A stretch of 64,000 bases of DNA. It comes from Podarcis pityusensis (Eukaryota). How positions within the stretch are numbered: the stretch's first letter is position 1; each line of letters opens with the position of its first letter. The notes below the pieces were generated by a model. That model searched no databases, was not told the DNA's origin, and saw only the letters and a program-made list of their open reading frames with translations. The stretch lies in the NCBI GenBank assembly GCA_964106645.2, contig OZ067044.1; one strand, written 5' to 3'. Shown piece by piece: positions 12,830 to 25,610 of this stretch. The translations under genes were made by a program, and so were the position numbers.

Positions 12830-15232
12830 CTGGACTACGATTAAGCCTTCATTGTTCAAGTTTAAATCTTCACCAGGTAGGATTGGATCCTTTGCCTCAC
12901 AAGCCTCTTTATTGTTCAGAGTATTGGAATAATTTGCCTTTCTAGAGTCTGTAGTGAGAGAAACCTCCTGGCAGTAGGAGTGCAGAAATGCTCGGACTCC
13001 ATCGATCCCCACAAACTGTGAGATAGGAGCGCCACTGAAATTCACACTCCCTGACTCAAGCAGCTGAGAATTTCTCCACCTGTGCAACTTGATGGCCAGT
13101 AACACAAGGAGGAAGATGAGGAACAAGCAGGAGACAAAAGCCACTGCAAGGACCAGGTAGAAGGTGAGGTCAGACGAAGGTGCTACAGGAGCTGAGATGC
13201 TGCTCAGGTCTGAGAGGATTGCAGGGATGGTGTCAGCCAGCACCACAGTCAGAGTGGCTGAAGCAGAGAGAGGTGGCTGCCCATTGTCCTTCACTAAAAC
13301 CACCAGGCTTTGCTTGAGAGCATCTTTCTCCAGAAAGAAGCGGGCCGTCCTGATCTCTCCCGTGTGGAGCCCCAGAGTGAAGAGCCCTGGCTCGGTGGCC
13401 TTGATCAGCTGGTAGGAGAGCCAGGCATTCTGGCCAGAGTCCGCATCCACGGCCACCACCTTAGTGACCAGGTAGCCTGGCTCTGAGGAGCGAGGGGCCA
13501 GCTCTATCCCTGTGGAGCCGTCGGTGGGAGGGGAGGGGTACAGGATTTGGGGAGCATTGTCATTCTGGTCCAGGATGAAGAGAGTCACTGAGACATTGGA
13601 GCTGAGTGGTGGAGAACCTCCATCCTGAGCCTTTACACGGAACCGAATGTCTCGAAAGTCTTCATAATCAAAGGAGGTCAGAGCATATATAACCCCCGTC
13701 TCAGAGTTAATGGAGAGGTAGGAGGAGAGGCGGGAGTCACTTCTTTGGTCATCAGTGATGGAATATGTTATTCTGGCATTTTCTTCCCAGTCAAGATCAT
13801 TTGCTCTTAAGGAAGAGACCATCGCTCCTCTTTGGTTATTCTCAACAAAATAGAAAGTATAGTCTGTTTTTTCAAAGAGGGGTGGGTTGTCATTTGTGTC
13901 TAAAACATGAAGTGTGATAACTGTGACTGTAGAAAGAGGGGGGACTCCATGGTCAGTAACAGTGACAGTAATATTGAAGACTGACACCTGTTCCCTATCA
14001 AGGGCACCATCAGTCACCAAACTGTAAAAGTTATCCATGGACTTCTTTAGCTGGAAAGGGAGGTTTTTAGGGATTGAACATGTGATTTCCCCATTGATTC
14101 CTGAATCTCGGTCTTGGACATTTAATATGGCAATTACCGTTTGGCATGGTGAACTTTCAAGTATGGTGTTGGTGGCAAAGGTAACTGATAGTTGAGGTGC
14201 ATTGTCATTCAGATCTGTAACTGATATCACAACTTTTGATCTGTCACTCAGGCCTCCTCCATCTTTGGCTTGTATCTCAAATGCATATAAAGATGATTCC
14301 TCATAATCAAGATTCCCAATAAGGATGATTTCCCCTGTTGTGGAATTTAACAGAAACATTTGGGAGTTGCGCTTTGTAATTTCTTGGAAAGAGTATTTAA
14401 TGTCTCCATTGATTCCTTCATCCATATCAGTTGCTCTCACTGTCAAAAGTGTGGACCACTTGGGAATATTCTCATTGATACTCACTTCATAGAGAGGTTG
14501 GCTGAAAACTGGTGCATTGTCATTTGCATCAATAACAACAATGTGGATTTGTAATGTGCCAGACCTGATAGGATCACCTCCATCAGTAGCTGTGAGAAGC
14601 AAATCGTAAGCTGATTGTTCCTCTCGGTCCAGTGACTTTTCCAACACAAGTTCAACAAATCTGGCACCATTTTCTTTTGTTTGCACATGCAAAGCAAAAT
14701 TGCTACTGCCTGTGAGTTGGTAGCTCTGCACGGAATTTATCCCCCAATCTGGATCTTGAGCTTTGGGTAGAGGGATCTGGAATCCAGGCATAGATGCCTC
14801 ATTGATTTCCAGCTCCTGTTCCCATAGAGGGAAGTGGGGAGCATTATCATTTATATCCGTAATTTCCACTTCAATTCCATAAAGCTTCAATTTGCTTTCA
14901 ACAAGAACCTGAAACTTTAACATACATTTCTCTGCCTCTCTGCAGATTTCCTCTCTATCTATTCTCTCAGATATCTGCAAATGGCCATTGTTGGCATTCA
15001 AAGAAAAGTACTGAATCATACCTACAGGGGAAACAATTCGGAGTCCATGGTCTGGGAGTTGCTTGCCATCCATTCCCAGGTCCTTTGCAATATTCCCCAC
15101 GGAAGAGCCTTTGTGCATCTCTTCTGGAATGGAGTAGTGGATCTGCCCAGAAACTGCCTTCCAAGAAAACATCATGAAAAGGCACTGGAAGATTCCCTTT
15201 CTGCAATTCCACAGCCTCTGAATTCCTTTCAT
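12830..15232 (-). CDS. PCDHGA: Protocadherin gamma-A-type variable exon (801 codons; unspliced stop at 12818)
   Basis: The true ATG is at 15232 (MKGIQRLW); the track start at 15277 is a TTG. Six EC repeats, gammaA motifs [14 protein letters not shown] and [15 protein letters not shown]. Donor CAG|GTGAGC at 12830. Confidence 0.95.
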
Positions 15233-15426
15233 CCTTGCAGCAGGATAAAGACTAAAGACCCTTAGATTCTGGTTCAAATGATGCTGTATCCAACTCTATT
15301 CTAAGGAAAATGTACATCCATTTCTTCTTTACACAGACAAGTAGCTTGTTCCTGCAGATATTTTGTGTTTGTGTTTAACGGAAAGGCAACTTCAATTGGG
15401 CAGGATTTCACATTTCTGCTCCGTTC

Positions 15427-15466
15427 TGGTCAACAGTGACACCCAGAGGATCAAGTGCAAACTGCA
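15427..15466 (-). promoter_or_regulatory. Pcdh CSE / CTCF site (CACT variant)
   Basis: Minus strand TGCAGTTTGCACTTGATCCTCTGGGTGTCACTGTTGACCA. Confidence 0.85.
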
Positions 15467-15843
15467 AAAACTTCAGATATAGCTAGGATAACTATTCTTT
15501 TTCCTTAGAATTTACCCACTAAGGATAAATAAGAGTGACGACTTTTGTTGCTGTAATCAAATTGAAAAGGAGCAGGAAAGACAAGTGTGTTTAGGGTTCC
15601 TGCCCTGCCCCATTACTGGAATTTCTGGAATAAATGTTATGGATCTTTCTCAGCAATGTTTTCTGCTCGCTTTTCTAAGGGAATATTCAATAGATTTTTT
15701 CTTGATGTAGAAACAACACTAGTAAACCACCAGTACATCTAGCACTTCACTCCTCTCAGCTCCTATTTGTTCATTCACATCTCTAGGCTGTTCATCTTCA
15801 AACTGAATTTTTATTTTTTGGTACGTGTTACATAAGGCCTACT

Positions 15844-16166
15844 GCAATAAGATCAAACGTATCCATTCTTCAGGAAATCAGCCCTGAGTGCTCGCTGGAA
15901 GGACAGATCCTGAAGCTGAGACTCCAATACTTTGGCCACCTCATGAGAAGAGAAGACTCCCTGGAAAAGACCCTGATGTTGGGAAAGATTGAGGACACAA
16001 GGAGAAGGGGACGACAGAGGATGAGATGGTTGGATGGTGTTCTCGAAGCTACCAGCATGAGTTTGACCAAACTGCGGGAGGCAGTGGAAGACGGAAGTGC
16101 CTGGTGTGCTCTGGTCCATGGGGTCACGAAGAGTCGGACACGACTAAACGACTAAACAACAACAAC
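15844..16166 (+). mobile_element. 5'-truncated BovB/RTE LINE insertion with a 14-bp target-site duplication
   Basis: Encodes the RTE C-terminus (EDSLEKTLMLGKIEDTRRRGRQRMRWLDG) and ends in a (CAA)n tail. TSD acataaggcctact at 15830-15843 and acataagccctatt at 16167-16180. Empty site in the paralog at about 2710-2723. Confidence 0.92.
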
Positions 16167-18814
16167 ACATAAGCCCTATTTGGGCATACACTGTCCATAC
16201 ATGAGCAAACACCTGAGGAGAAATATGCAGTTCTTCTTAGTCCTTTCCTGTCCAGCATTTCATCTGTACACAATCTAGATCCCTCCATGAATTTGAGGAC
16301 CAAGGTCTGAGGTGGGGAGCTTACTCTACTTGTAGGGGCCCCACCCATGATTTAGAACTTTGCACAATCATGTTTTCTTTGCTTACACTTGAGGAGATTG
16401 TTCAAATAAGGCTGTACTGGGTAGGAGATGCATATCAGGAATGCCCCAGTTCAAATCAAACTTCAACCATGAGCTCATTAGTTGTCCTTGGGCAAGACTC
16501 CCTTCCTCTTCTCTCTCTGGTTGAGTTCACACAGCAGTGTCCTCCATTTCCCTGACGTTTTCCTAACTATAAATTTCTGCATTATATTCAAGTTTTCACA
16601 TGGCATGAAAGCCACTTCATTTCCATGTTATTTAATAGCAGAAAAAATCCATTTGCTGCTCCCTTAAACCGGAAAATAGCAGGAGTAAAGTGATGAAATT
16701 TGGGGCCGTATACATGGGGGAATGAATACATGCACAGCTATGGGTGGAATACTGGCATTGTTATCCAATGATGTTCATTGTTGCGTCACTCCACGCACAC
16801 TGGTGTGAATGAAATTTAGTGGAACACGATAATTGCTCATATATTGATATGCTGATATATTGGTCAAAAAATAAACACATAACACAACTGGTACTGCAGT
16901 GTGAAAGGATCACTGGAAAACAGAATAGAAGCACTAGCGTTCTAGTCAGGAAAACTAATGCAATACTTGCCACATCTAAATGCATCCTCTCTCCATCTCA
17001 TCCACAACATGAGGAAAATAATGCTGATCTATCTTTCTGGGTTATTGAAGAGTTAGAAGGGAATGTATATCAACCATTTTCTACACTAAGGTGCTCTATA
17101 AACACCATGTATGACTGTAAAGTGCAAAGAAGGCCATGTCCACCTTCATTTATTGCTCACATTGTGCCTAGAAGACAATAAAGCCAAGACGAATGCTATT
17201 AAAGCCAATTATTATTACTACACCACATCTCATTACATAGATAAAAAGAAACAGGAAGAGATTAGTGGCACATGCAATGGGGTGGAGCTGTGGAGCCACC
17301 CTCCAACACTAGTGTTGTTGCTGGGACTTACCTGGTCAGGGCTGGGCTGACACAACTGTGTGGTTGGGGCTGGGCAGGTGCACCAGCAGCCGTGCTAGAT
17401 GTTCCCACAGTTAAAAGCACATGACTCCAGCCTCACTGCTGCCCCATCCAGGTAGGCAACAGTGTAAGGGGGTGGGGTGAATTCACCAGCTGCCCATCAC
17501 CATGCATGTCACTACTGCAGGTGGGTAACTTTCAATGGCAGCTTATGAGCTTATGTGTGACAATCAGTTGTCAAGCTCAGAACAAGCATTATAAAAAACT
17601 AGCATGTGATGACCTGTTAAACAGCAGAGGTAGATGGTTTTCAGTCATCTTTCTTGGAGAGTGTGATGCTCTTCTGCTTCTTGTTCTACAAAATCAGCAG
17701 GACTACTAAAACTGCTATACTGAATTTGCTGAATGCTTTCCCCCAGAAGACAGAAAATCAAGCATTCAGTCCACTAAACAATGCCATAAAAGTTTCTTTC
17801 AAAATTAGTCTTCATCTTTCACTACAGAATATGCACTGGCAACAAACTTTTTGACACATTAGGCACAATCCAGCATTAATGTATATGAAGCAGCAGATAC
17901 AGGGGTGTGCAGCTGTATGTCCTGGCCAGATTGCCTTTCCATGGGAAAGCATTCCCAGCCAAAGAGGTGAGAGGGCATCTAACATTGTTATGACTCAATA
18001 GACATTTGACACCTATGTTACTACATTATGGAAGCATGACTGGAGATGGTATAGGGTAGAAATACTAGCCACATGCACACTCAGCTACATACATACTGTT
18101 GGCCACAACTGTTCCAACTGGTCATAATTTCTAATCATACATTGCAAATGCTCTTAGCTGTTCTGACTGTGGAGCAAAGGGGGAAGGAGATTTTGGGTTC
18201 ATGATGCACACATATTTGGGTCGGTATATAGGTCAGTACAGGGACCACTGTTTTTCCCTATTGCTCATTGCCTGTGTTTTGTCTTTCTAGTATATGGTTT
18301 TTGGAAATGGGGGATTGATGCATTTTATTTGTTTATATATTTATTTAAAATAATTATATAGTCCCTGTCCCACACTCAAAGAGTATCTAGGTTGTGTATA
18401 ATATTAATTTAAGACCATATAAGCACCGGTTCAATGCAATAATATGCATAATAAAGTACAGTATATAATACTGTTGTCAGCAACTTAGTGGAGTTGAACA
18501 CCAATGGCCAGCAAATACTTGGTCACATAGATACGTCTTTAAATGTTGATGAAAACACTGCACTGTACATTACTATTGAATTCAAAAGGGCACACTGTTC
18601 CACCACAGAGAATGCCATCCTCATGATTCCAGAACATGTACTGATACAGGTAACGAGACCACCAGGAATGCCTCCACTGAAGATCTTGGTGAACAGATGA
18701 ATTGATATGAGAACAAGCATGATCTTGAACAATCTTGTGCTAAGTTGTTTTAGAAAGGATGAGGTAACATGTTGGAGAATTTAGGAGTGCTTCATTAATC
18801 TTTTGTGATATATT

Positions 18815-18977
18815 GGGACAGTCTCCTTTGGGAAGTTGTGGACTCTCCTTCCTTGGAGGTTTTTTTTAGCAGAGGTTGGATGGCCATCTGCCATGGATGC
18901 TCTAGCTGAGATTCCTGCATTGCAGGGGGTTGGACCAGATGACCCTTGGGTCCCTTGCAACTCTATGATTCCATGAG
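18815..18977 (+). mobile_element. CR1 LINE 3' end fragment (duplicate of 5122-5284)
   Basis: Same CR1 tail sequence, located inside the duplication. Confidence 0.8.
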
Positions 18978-20008
18978 AGACAGACTGCTTGCTCCACTCA
19001 TTGATCAAACAAAGGCTGTGCATGAGCTCTATTCATTCTGCAACCAGGAATAACCAGTCACAGGACCTGAGGAGTGTTTTACAACTGACAGCTTCCATCA
19101 ATGCTTCACCATAACATACACTGTGCTTTTCCAATCAGACCCAACTGTGTATGAGTTTTAATTTGTTTTAATCTATTCTGCTGTGATTTAAACTTTCTGT
19201 GTGCTTTAAATTATGGTTGTCATTTTTAAATATTATTTTTATTCATTTTTAATAATATAACAGTTTAACAATGTAGAACATTTATATACGCTCAATCTGA
19301 AAAATACAAAAACACAGATCTCCATTGTTCGTATAAAACTTTCTTATCTCAAACCACAAAATAGGCATTTTGTTCTGCCTTCAACCCTTTAATGTTCAAT
19401 TTCCCTTCCCTTCTTCTTGAAGCCAAAAAGCAGCTCACACATTGAATGTAAATTATCACCAGCTGATGGACAAATCTCCCTCGGTTATAAATTATAACTG
19501 TCCCAAAAATAATTAAGAAAGGGAGGCTTTTGCAGATCCCATACCCATCACGGCTCTTTCATGGCTTTGGGGCAAGATGTAAATTCCTTAGCTCTCAAGT
19601 TGCTTAACCCCCATCCAAGTTCCTAGGAGCTGACTGCTTCTTGGTCTCTTGAACACAGAAAACAGCTTTTTCAAAGCACCAGAGATTAATCTCTTGTTCA
19701 CTCTTTTTTCCAAAATGAATATGAGAACCAAGACTTATGTCTGGCTATCATCAATCACCGTGTAATTATCTCTGTTGGCAGACCGCCAACAAAAGATGTT
19801 CAACCCGCTATTTCCTTCCCCACGACACATAAAAAACTCCCCACAAACTCCCTAATATTTAGTTTAACAATAAGAAGTTGGCCAATAAATAGAAAATTTT
19901 CAAACTTCTTGAAGAATATACAATGTAATATTTTTTGATGTCTGTTTTTCTGGGGGTTTTTAAGACAGAACATTAAAATAGCTACATATTCAATTTTAGT
20001 CATACTAC

Positions 20009-20080
20009 GAAGGAAGGAAAGAAGGAAAGAAGGAAGGAAGGAAGGAAGGAAGGAAGGAAGGAAGGAAGGAAGGAAGGAAG
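20009..20080 (+). repeat. (GGAA)n microsatellite
   Basis: Seen directly; paralogous to 6319-6364 and longer. Confidence 0.95.
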
Positions 20081-20405
20081 AATAAGCACTGTCTCCACTC
20101 AAACATGCTATGCCATCCTGTGGTCCGAGATTCTCACCCTAAGTCAGCATGCAAATGTGCATCTGCATAATTCTAACTGAGGCTCCCCCCAACTTGCAAT
20201 TTTGCCCTTCAACAACTGCTAGAAGGCCCATTCCATTAGCTTGATCTGCAGCAGTAGCAGCTCAGTACTACCCCATACCTACTTCCATGGTGACATGGCA
20301 TAAATTGTCTGGAGTGCCAGTTTGATAACACCCACTGTTTGCAAATAAACTCTCAAACAAGTGACAACACCAAATTCCCTATAAGGAACATGAAATATAA
20401 CTCAC

Positions 20406-22834
20406 CGTGCTGTCATTTTCCTTTTCAGAAATTAAATTGCCTCCACTGACCATCAAAGAAATGTCAGAGTTGCCATTGCAAAGGATGTTCTCTCCTATTT
20501 GGACAGTGGGCTGCAGGAATGTCAACTCATTCCTCCTGGATTCAGAGGACAGACAGACCTGGTAGGAATAAGGCAAAGTTCCGTCCTCATAATTGGGTGG
20601 GAATATGGCACCAGCCTTTGAATGCGGGTCAGGAATAAAGCACTGAAGGAAAGTAGGGTTCCTTGACCTTCGAAGCTTCATCAGAATGGTCAATATCACG
20701 GTCACCAGGAACAGGAAGGACACCAAGGTCAAGGCCAATACCAAATAAAACTGTAGATCAGACTGATACTCTGAGTCATTTGGTTGGGAGTTCATTTCTG
20801 GAAGAGCCTCCTGGAAGTTCTCAGCAAACACCAGGCTCAAAGTTGTGGTGGCTGAGAGAGGAGGGTGCCCATTGTCCTTCACCAGGATGACCAGCCTCTG
20901 CTTCACTGCATCTCTCTCAAGTAATGCTCGGACTGTTTGCACCTCTCCTGTGTGGGAGCCAATGCTGAAGAGTAGGGCTCTGTGGCCTGCAGGAGATGGA
21001 AGGAGAGCCAGGCATTGTGTCCCGAATCGGAGTCCACGGCCACCACCTTCGTCACCAGATAACCCGACTCAGCTGACCGAGGCACCATCTCAAAGAAAGG
21101 GGAGCCCTCTGCTGATTGTGAGGGGTACAGGATCTGCGGAGCGTTATCATTTCGATCCAAAACACATACTGTCACTGTGGCACTGCTATTGAGTGGTGGA
21201 GAACCTCCATCTTGGGCCTTCACTTGAATCTGAAACTCCCTGAATTGCTCATAGTCAAAGGAGCGTTGGGCATAGATGATTCCAGTCTCAGAGTTAATGG
21301 AGACATAGGAGGAGAGAGGCAGATTCTTGATGTTGCTGTTAAGGATGGAGTAAGTGATTCGAGCATTGCGATCCAGATCTGGGTCAGAAGCCTTGACGTG
21401 GTAAATTGAAGCTCCAGATGGGTTGTTTTCTGGAACGTAGGCAGTGTAGGAAGATTTTTCAAAGGCTGGTGGGTTATCATTGATATCTGAGATCTGTATT
21501 GATATGGTTTTGTGTGTGGAGAGTGGAGGTGTGCCTTTGTCTGTGGCTGTGATTGTAATATTATAATCTGCACTCCTTTCCCTGTCAAGGGCACCATCTA
21601 TGAGGAGCTTGAAGTAATTATCCAAAGATGAGACTATCAGGAAAGGTACAAACTCCTTCAGGTGACAGGTGACTTCTCCATTATTCCCAGAATCCCTGTC
21701 CTGAACTTTAATGAGAGCAATCACAGCTCCAGATGTAGCATCTTCAGGAACTGGGCTGGACACGGATGTAAGGATCACATCTGGAGCATTGTCATTCTCA
21801 TCAAGAACCTCAATCTCCACATTACAATGTGCCACCAATCCTCCGCCATCACTTGCCTGAATTATCATCACATATTTTTGTCTGTCCTCAAAATCAACAC
21901 TTTCTATGAGTGTGATTGTTCCGTCTCTGGGATCTAGATGAAACTTCTGTTTGGCTGTTTTTGGGATGTCACTGAAAGTATAAGTGATCTCAGCATTTGA
22001 CCCTTCATCACTGTCAGATGCTTTGACTTGAAGCACAGAGGTTCCTTTGGGTGCACTCTCCTTCAGGCTCACTTTATAGATTGACTGGGTGAAAACAGGA
22101 ACATTGTCATTATTATCAATAACTGCAACCAATATTTTGGCTGTTCCGGTTTTTGGAGGTTCTCCCCCATCCATGGCTGTAAGGACCATGTTATGCACCT
22201 GTTCCTTTTCCCTGTCCAGTTGTTTCTGCAAAATTAATTCAGCATATTTACCACCATCATTGCTGTTTTTAATTTCTAGTTTGAAATATGGAGTTGAGCT
22301 CAACTGATAATTCTGGAGGGAGTTTATTCCAATATCATCATCTTCAGCATTTCCAAGAGCAAATCGAGTTCCCGGCAGAGTAGACTCACTCAATTTAAGC
22401 TCAATATTTTCATTCTGGAAATGTGGAGCATTATCATTAATGTCCTGGATAAAAATATTTACGTGGAAAATATTCAAAGGATTGTGTGCCACAACTTCTA
22501 ATTTGAGGACACAAGTGGATGATTCCCCACAGATCTCTTCCCGGTCTATCCTCTCATTCACATACAGGTTGCCATTTTGTTCATTCAAATCAAAGAATTG
22601 CTTTTCTGAAGAAATACCAAGCTTGCGCTTTGACAGCTCTCTGACATCCAACCCCAGATCTTTAGCAAGGTTCCCCACAAAGGAGCCCTGCTCTGCTTCC
22701 TCTGGAACTGAATATTGAACCTGCTCAGACACTACCTGGCAGCAGAACACAGACCAGAATATGAACAGAAACAGTACTTGCCTCTTGGTGATCTCCCTTG
22801 TTCTCTCTGCCTGCTTTACTTCAATCACATCCAT
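20406..22834 (-). pseudogene. PCDHGB: Protocadherin gamma-B-type variable exon with a 1-nt deletion frameshift in EC6 (pseudogene or consensus error)
   Basis: 2429 nt from ATG to donor, against 2430 in all three paralogs. Reads agtagggctc at 20971-20980 where paralogs read agtgagggctc. The ORF stops at 20903 (643 aa) and the remainder continues in another frame (20379-20942). Confidence 0.8.
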
Positions 22835-24585
22835 TGTTGTTTCTGATTTCCTCCTTCTTTCACTTCAATTTTCAAGACTCCCAGTACACTGATGTCAGAT
22901 AATAGAAATATTGTTCTTTTGAGCTGCTCTTTGGGAAACCGAGAGCTTTCCTTTCTTGAGCAGCTTTTAATATAAAAGCTTTTCCTTTCTGCTCGGCTGA
23001 AGTGTTAAGAGAGAGAGACTACTCCAAGAGTCTCAGAAATGCTGAGCCATGGCTGCTCCCACATTGTCCAACAGTGACACTCTGAGTCCATACGATGAAC
23101 TGCTTTTACTATTTCTAGAATTCTACATGGAATTTTGTTTCTTAAGTAGGGAATTGTTTGTAATATAAGTACACCTTTAAATGCAATCTGAAACATATTT
23201 CTTCTCCATCACTTGTGTGCATCCTTTTCGCTTCCCAGTCCCTCACTATTCAGCATCATTGCTTTATTTTCTTTCTTTAAAAAGTGGAAAAAAAAACAAG
23301 AAAACCCATAGGTATAGTAGAGAGGGGATGCCTGTTGGTGAGGAGGGCTTTGTTTCCAGAGGCTTCTAAAGAAATTGTGGTCTTCTAGATCATTTAAATA
23401 GTGTAATTCCTTGTCAGGGTACACATGGTTTGTCAATGTCTCCTTTATTGGATCAGGAGGCAGAGGGATCTACATTTGACATGCTCCCTGGCAGGAAGTT
23501 CCAGTTCTGTGCATGTTCAGGAACATCATTTCTGGTTTGAGGTTAGATAGGACTCTCCTACCTCTGCCCACTGACAATTACCACCAGCACCCCACACCTT
23601 TTTAAGGGTGATTTTATTTTTACTTGATAAAGGGAAGAAATGGCAGGGAGGTTTAGCTAATGGTACTGGTGAAACCCATTTTATGCTTGAAATTAATTCA
23701 AAGAAAACTGGGTCCTCGCTGAATTAAAGTGATTAAAAAAGATGGGAGAGCTTATATTTAAAATCTTCTCATAGGACCTGGACTAAAGCTAGCTGCACTC
23801 TTTATAAAAGAGACAACATGTAATACATTATTACGTTATTTGCTATCTGTCTTTCACCCAGTTTAAACATAGCATTAATATCTCTATACTTTTGCATAAT
23901 TCCATTTAAAAAGTTTCTGTAAAGGAATAAAATACTGAAAGACCAAACTAACCAATGTACATTTGATTAATGTGATCAAAATATTTTACCACATGTATTT
24001 ACAATAATGTAATGCAACTATTTCAAGCACCATTTCCCCCCAAGTGTTCCCAATATTAAATCATTTCCAGTTTCTCTTTAACCGTCATACAATTTTGTGT
24101 GAATCAAAGCATTCCCACCCCACCTGCTCCAATGCAGTTTTGATTCTGCAATGAACGTAGTTCCAGGACATTATCACAAATGGTCACCTCTACAATATCT
24201 TCAAAGTTCAGCCCCTACCAGCTACAGCTGTGTCAATAACTTGGCACAAACCATATAATGTTGTTTGGGGACATCTCTCTATCCCATGACAGTTTTCTTG
24301 TGAGTTTCTTAATAGGGTCAGAAACACATCCCACAAATAAGTGTTTTCCGGCTTGGGATGTTTGGACATTGTCAAGCACTCTTCTTCTGACACCACAGAC
24401 ACATATATTTTCTGGGATTCAAAATTCTACCCTCACCTTATATTGGAAATCGCATTGGGGTAGAAACCCCCCCCCCCCAAAAAAAAAAAAATTAGTGTGT
24501 TGCTGTTGTTTTCTGACACAGGGTAAAGGTTCCAAGTTATAAGGAGCATAATGCAATCAATCTTACATATGATTGCTTGCATTTT
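22835..24585. repeat. About 5.5 kb gammaB tandem duplication: upstream spacer copy of 28363-30050
   Basis: High identity to 28363-30050. At about 24585 the sequence switches to a paralog of 5461-6660 / 19155-20378. Confidence 0.88.
23064..23104 (-). promoter_or_regulatory. Pcdh CSE / CTCF site (CACT variant)
   Basis: Plus strand ttgtccaacagtgacactctgagtccatacgatgaactgc. Confidence 0.82.
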
Positions 24586-24612
24586 TAATTTGCTTTAACT
24601 TGTATTAATCTA

Positions 24613-24854
24613 CAGTGGTACCTCGGGTTACATACGCTTCAGGTTACATACGTTTCAGGTTACAGACTCTGCTAACCCAGAAATAGTACCTCGGGTTAAG
24701 AACTTTGCTTCAGGATGAGAACAAAAATCGTGCTCTGACGGCGAGGCGGCCGCGGGAAGCCCCATTAGCTAAAGTAGTGCTTCAGGTTAAGAACAGTTTC
24801 CGGTTAAGAACGGACCTCAGGAATGAATTAAGTACTTAACCCAAGGTACCACTG
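24613..24854. mobile_element. Tc1/mariner Tigger-like MITE
   Basis: TIRs cagtggtacctcgggtta...taacccaaggtaccactg flanked by TA. Empty 'aatc-TA-ttctg' site in paralogs at about 5481 and 19174. Confidence 0.9.
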
Positions 24855-25567
24855 TATTCTGTTGTGATTTTAACTTTCTGTGTGCTTTAAATTATGGTTG
24901 TCATTTTTAAAATATTATTTTTATTCATTTTTAATAATATAAAAGTTTAACAATGTAGAACATTTTATACTCTCAATCTAAAAAATACAAATATACCAAT
25001 TTCCATTGTTAAAACTGGACAAATCTCCATCAGTTATAAATTATAACTGTCCCAAAAATAATTAAGAAAGGGAGACTTTTGCAGATCCCATACCCATCTC
25101 GGCTCTTACATGGCTTTAGGGCAAGATGTAAATTCCTCAGCTCTCAAGTCACTTAACCCCCATCCGAGTTCCTAGGAGCTGACTGCTTCTTGGTCTCTTG
25201 ACAACAGAAAACAGCCTTTTCAAAGCACCAGGGATTAATCTCTCGTTCACTCTTTTCCCCAAAATGAATATGGGAGCCAAAACTTATGTCTGGCTATCAT
25301 CAATCACCATGTAATTATCCCTGCTGGCAGACTGTCAACAAAAGATGTTCAATCTGCTATTTCCTTCCCCATAACACATAAAAAACTCTCCACAAACTTC
25401 GTAATATTTAGTTTGATAATAAGGAGAATTTTGCCAATAACTAAAAAATTGCAAACTTCTTGAAGCATATACAATGTAGGATGTTTTTGTGTTTTTTCTT
25501 GCATATACTGTATCTTCTTAAAGAGAGAACATTAAAATAGCTACTTATTTAAATTTAGTCATGCCGC

Positions 25568-25568
25568 A

Positions 25569-25608
<40 letters not shown>

Positions 25609-25610
25609 AA
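25568..25610 (+). repeat. (GAAA)n microsatellite
   Basis: Seen directly. Confidence 0.95.

Larger units (their letters stand above)
13166..23100. repeat. Tandem segmental duplication copy 2
   Basis: Aligns to 1-9400. The offset grows from 13165 to 13718 through a BovB insertion in this copy and deletions in copy 1. Confidence 0.92.

Noticed and set aside
15233-15277. 15-aa N-terminal extension of the 819-aa ORF
   Set aside because: It starts at TTG. Paralogs begin at the ATG equivalent to 15232.
20379-20942. 187-aa ORF as an independent TM protein
   Set aside because: It is the out-of-frame remainder of the frameshifted gammaB exon and begins at GTG.
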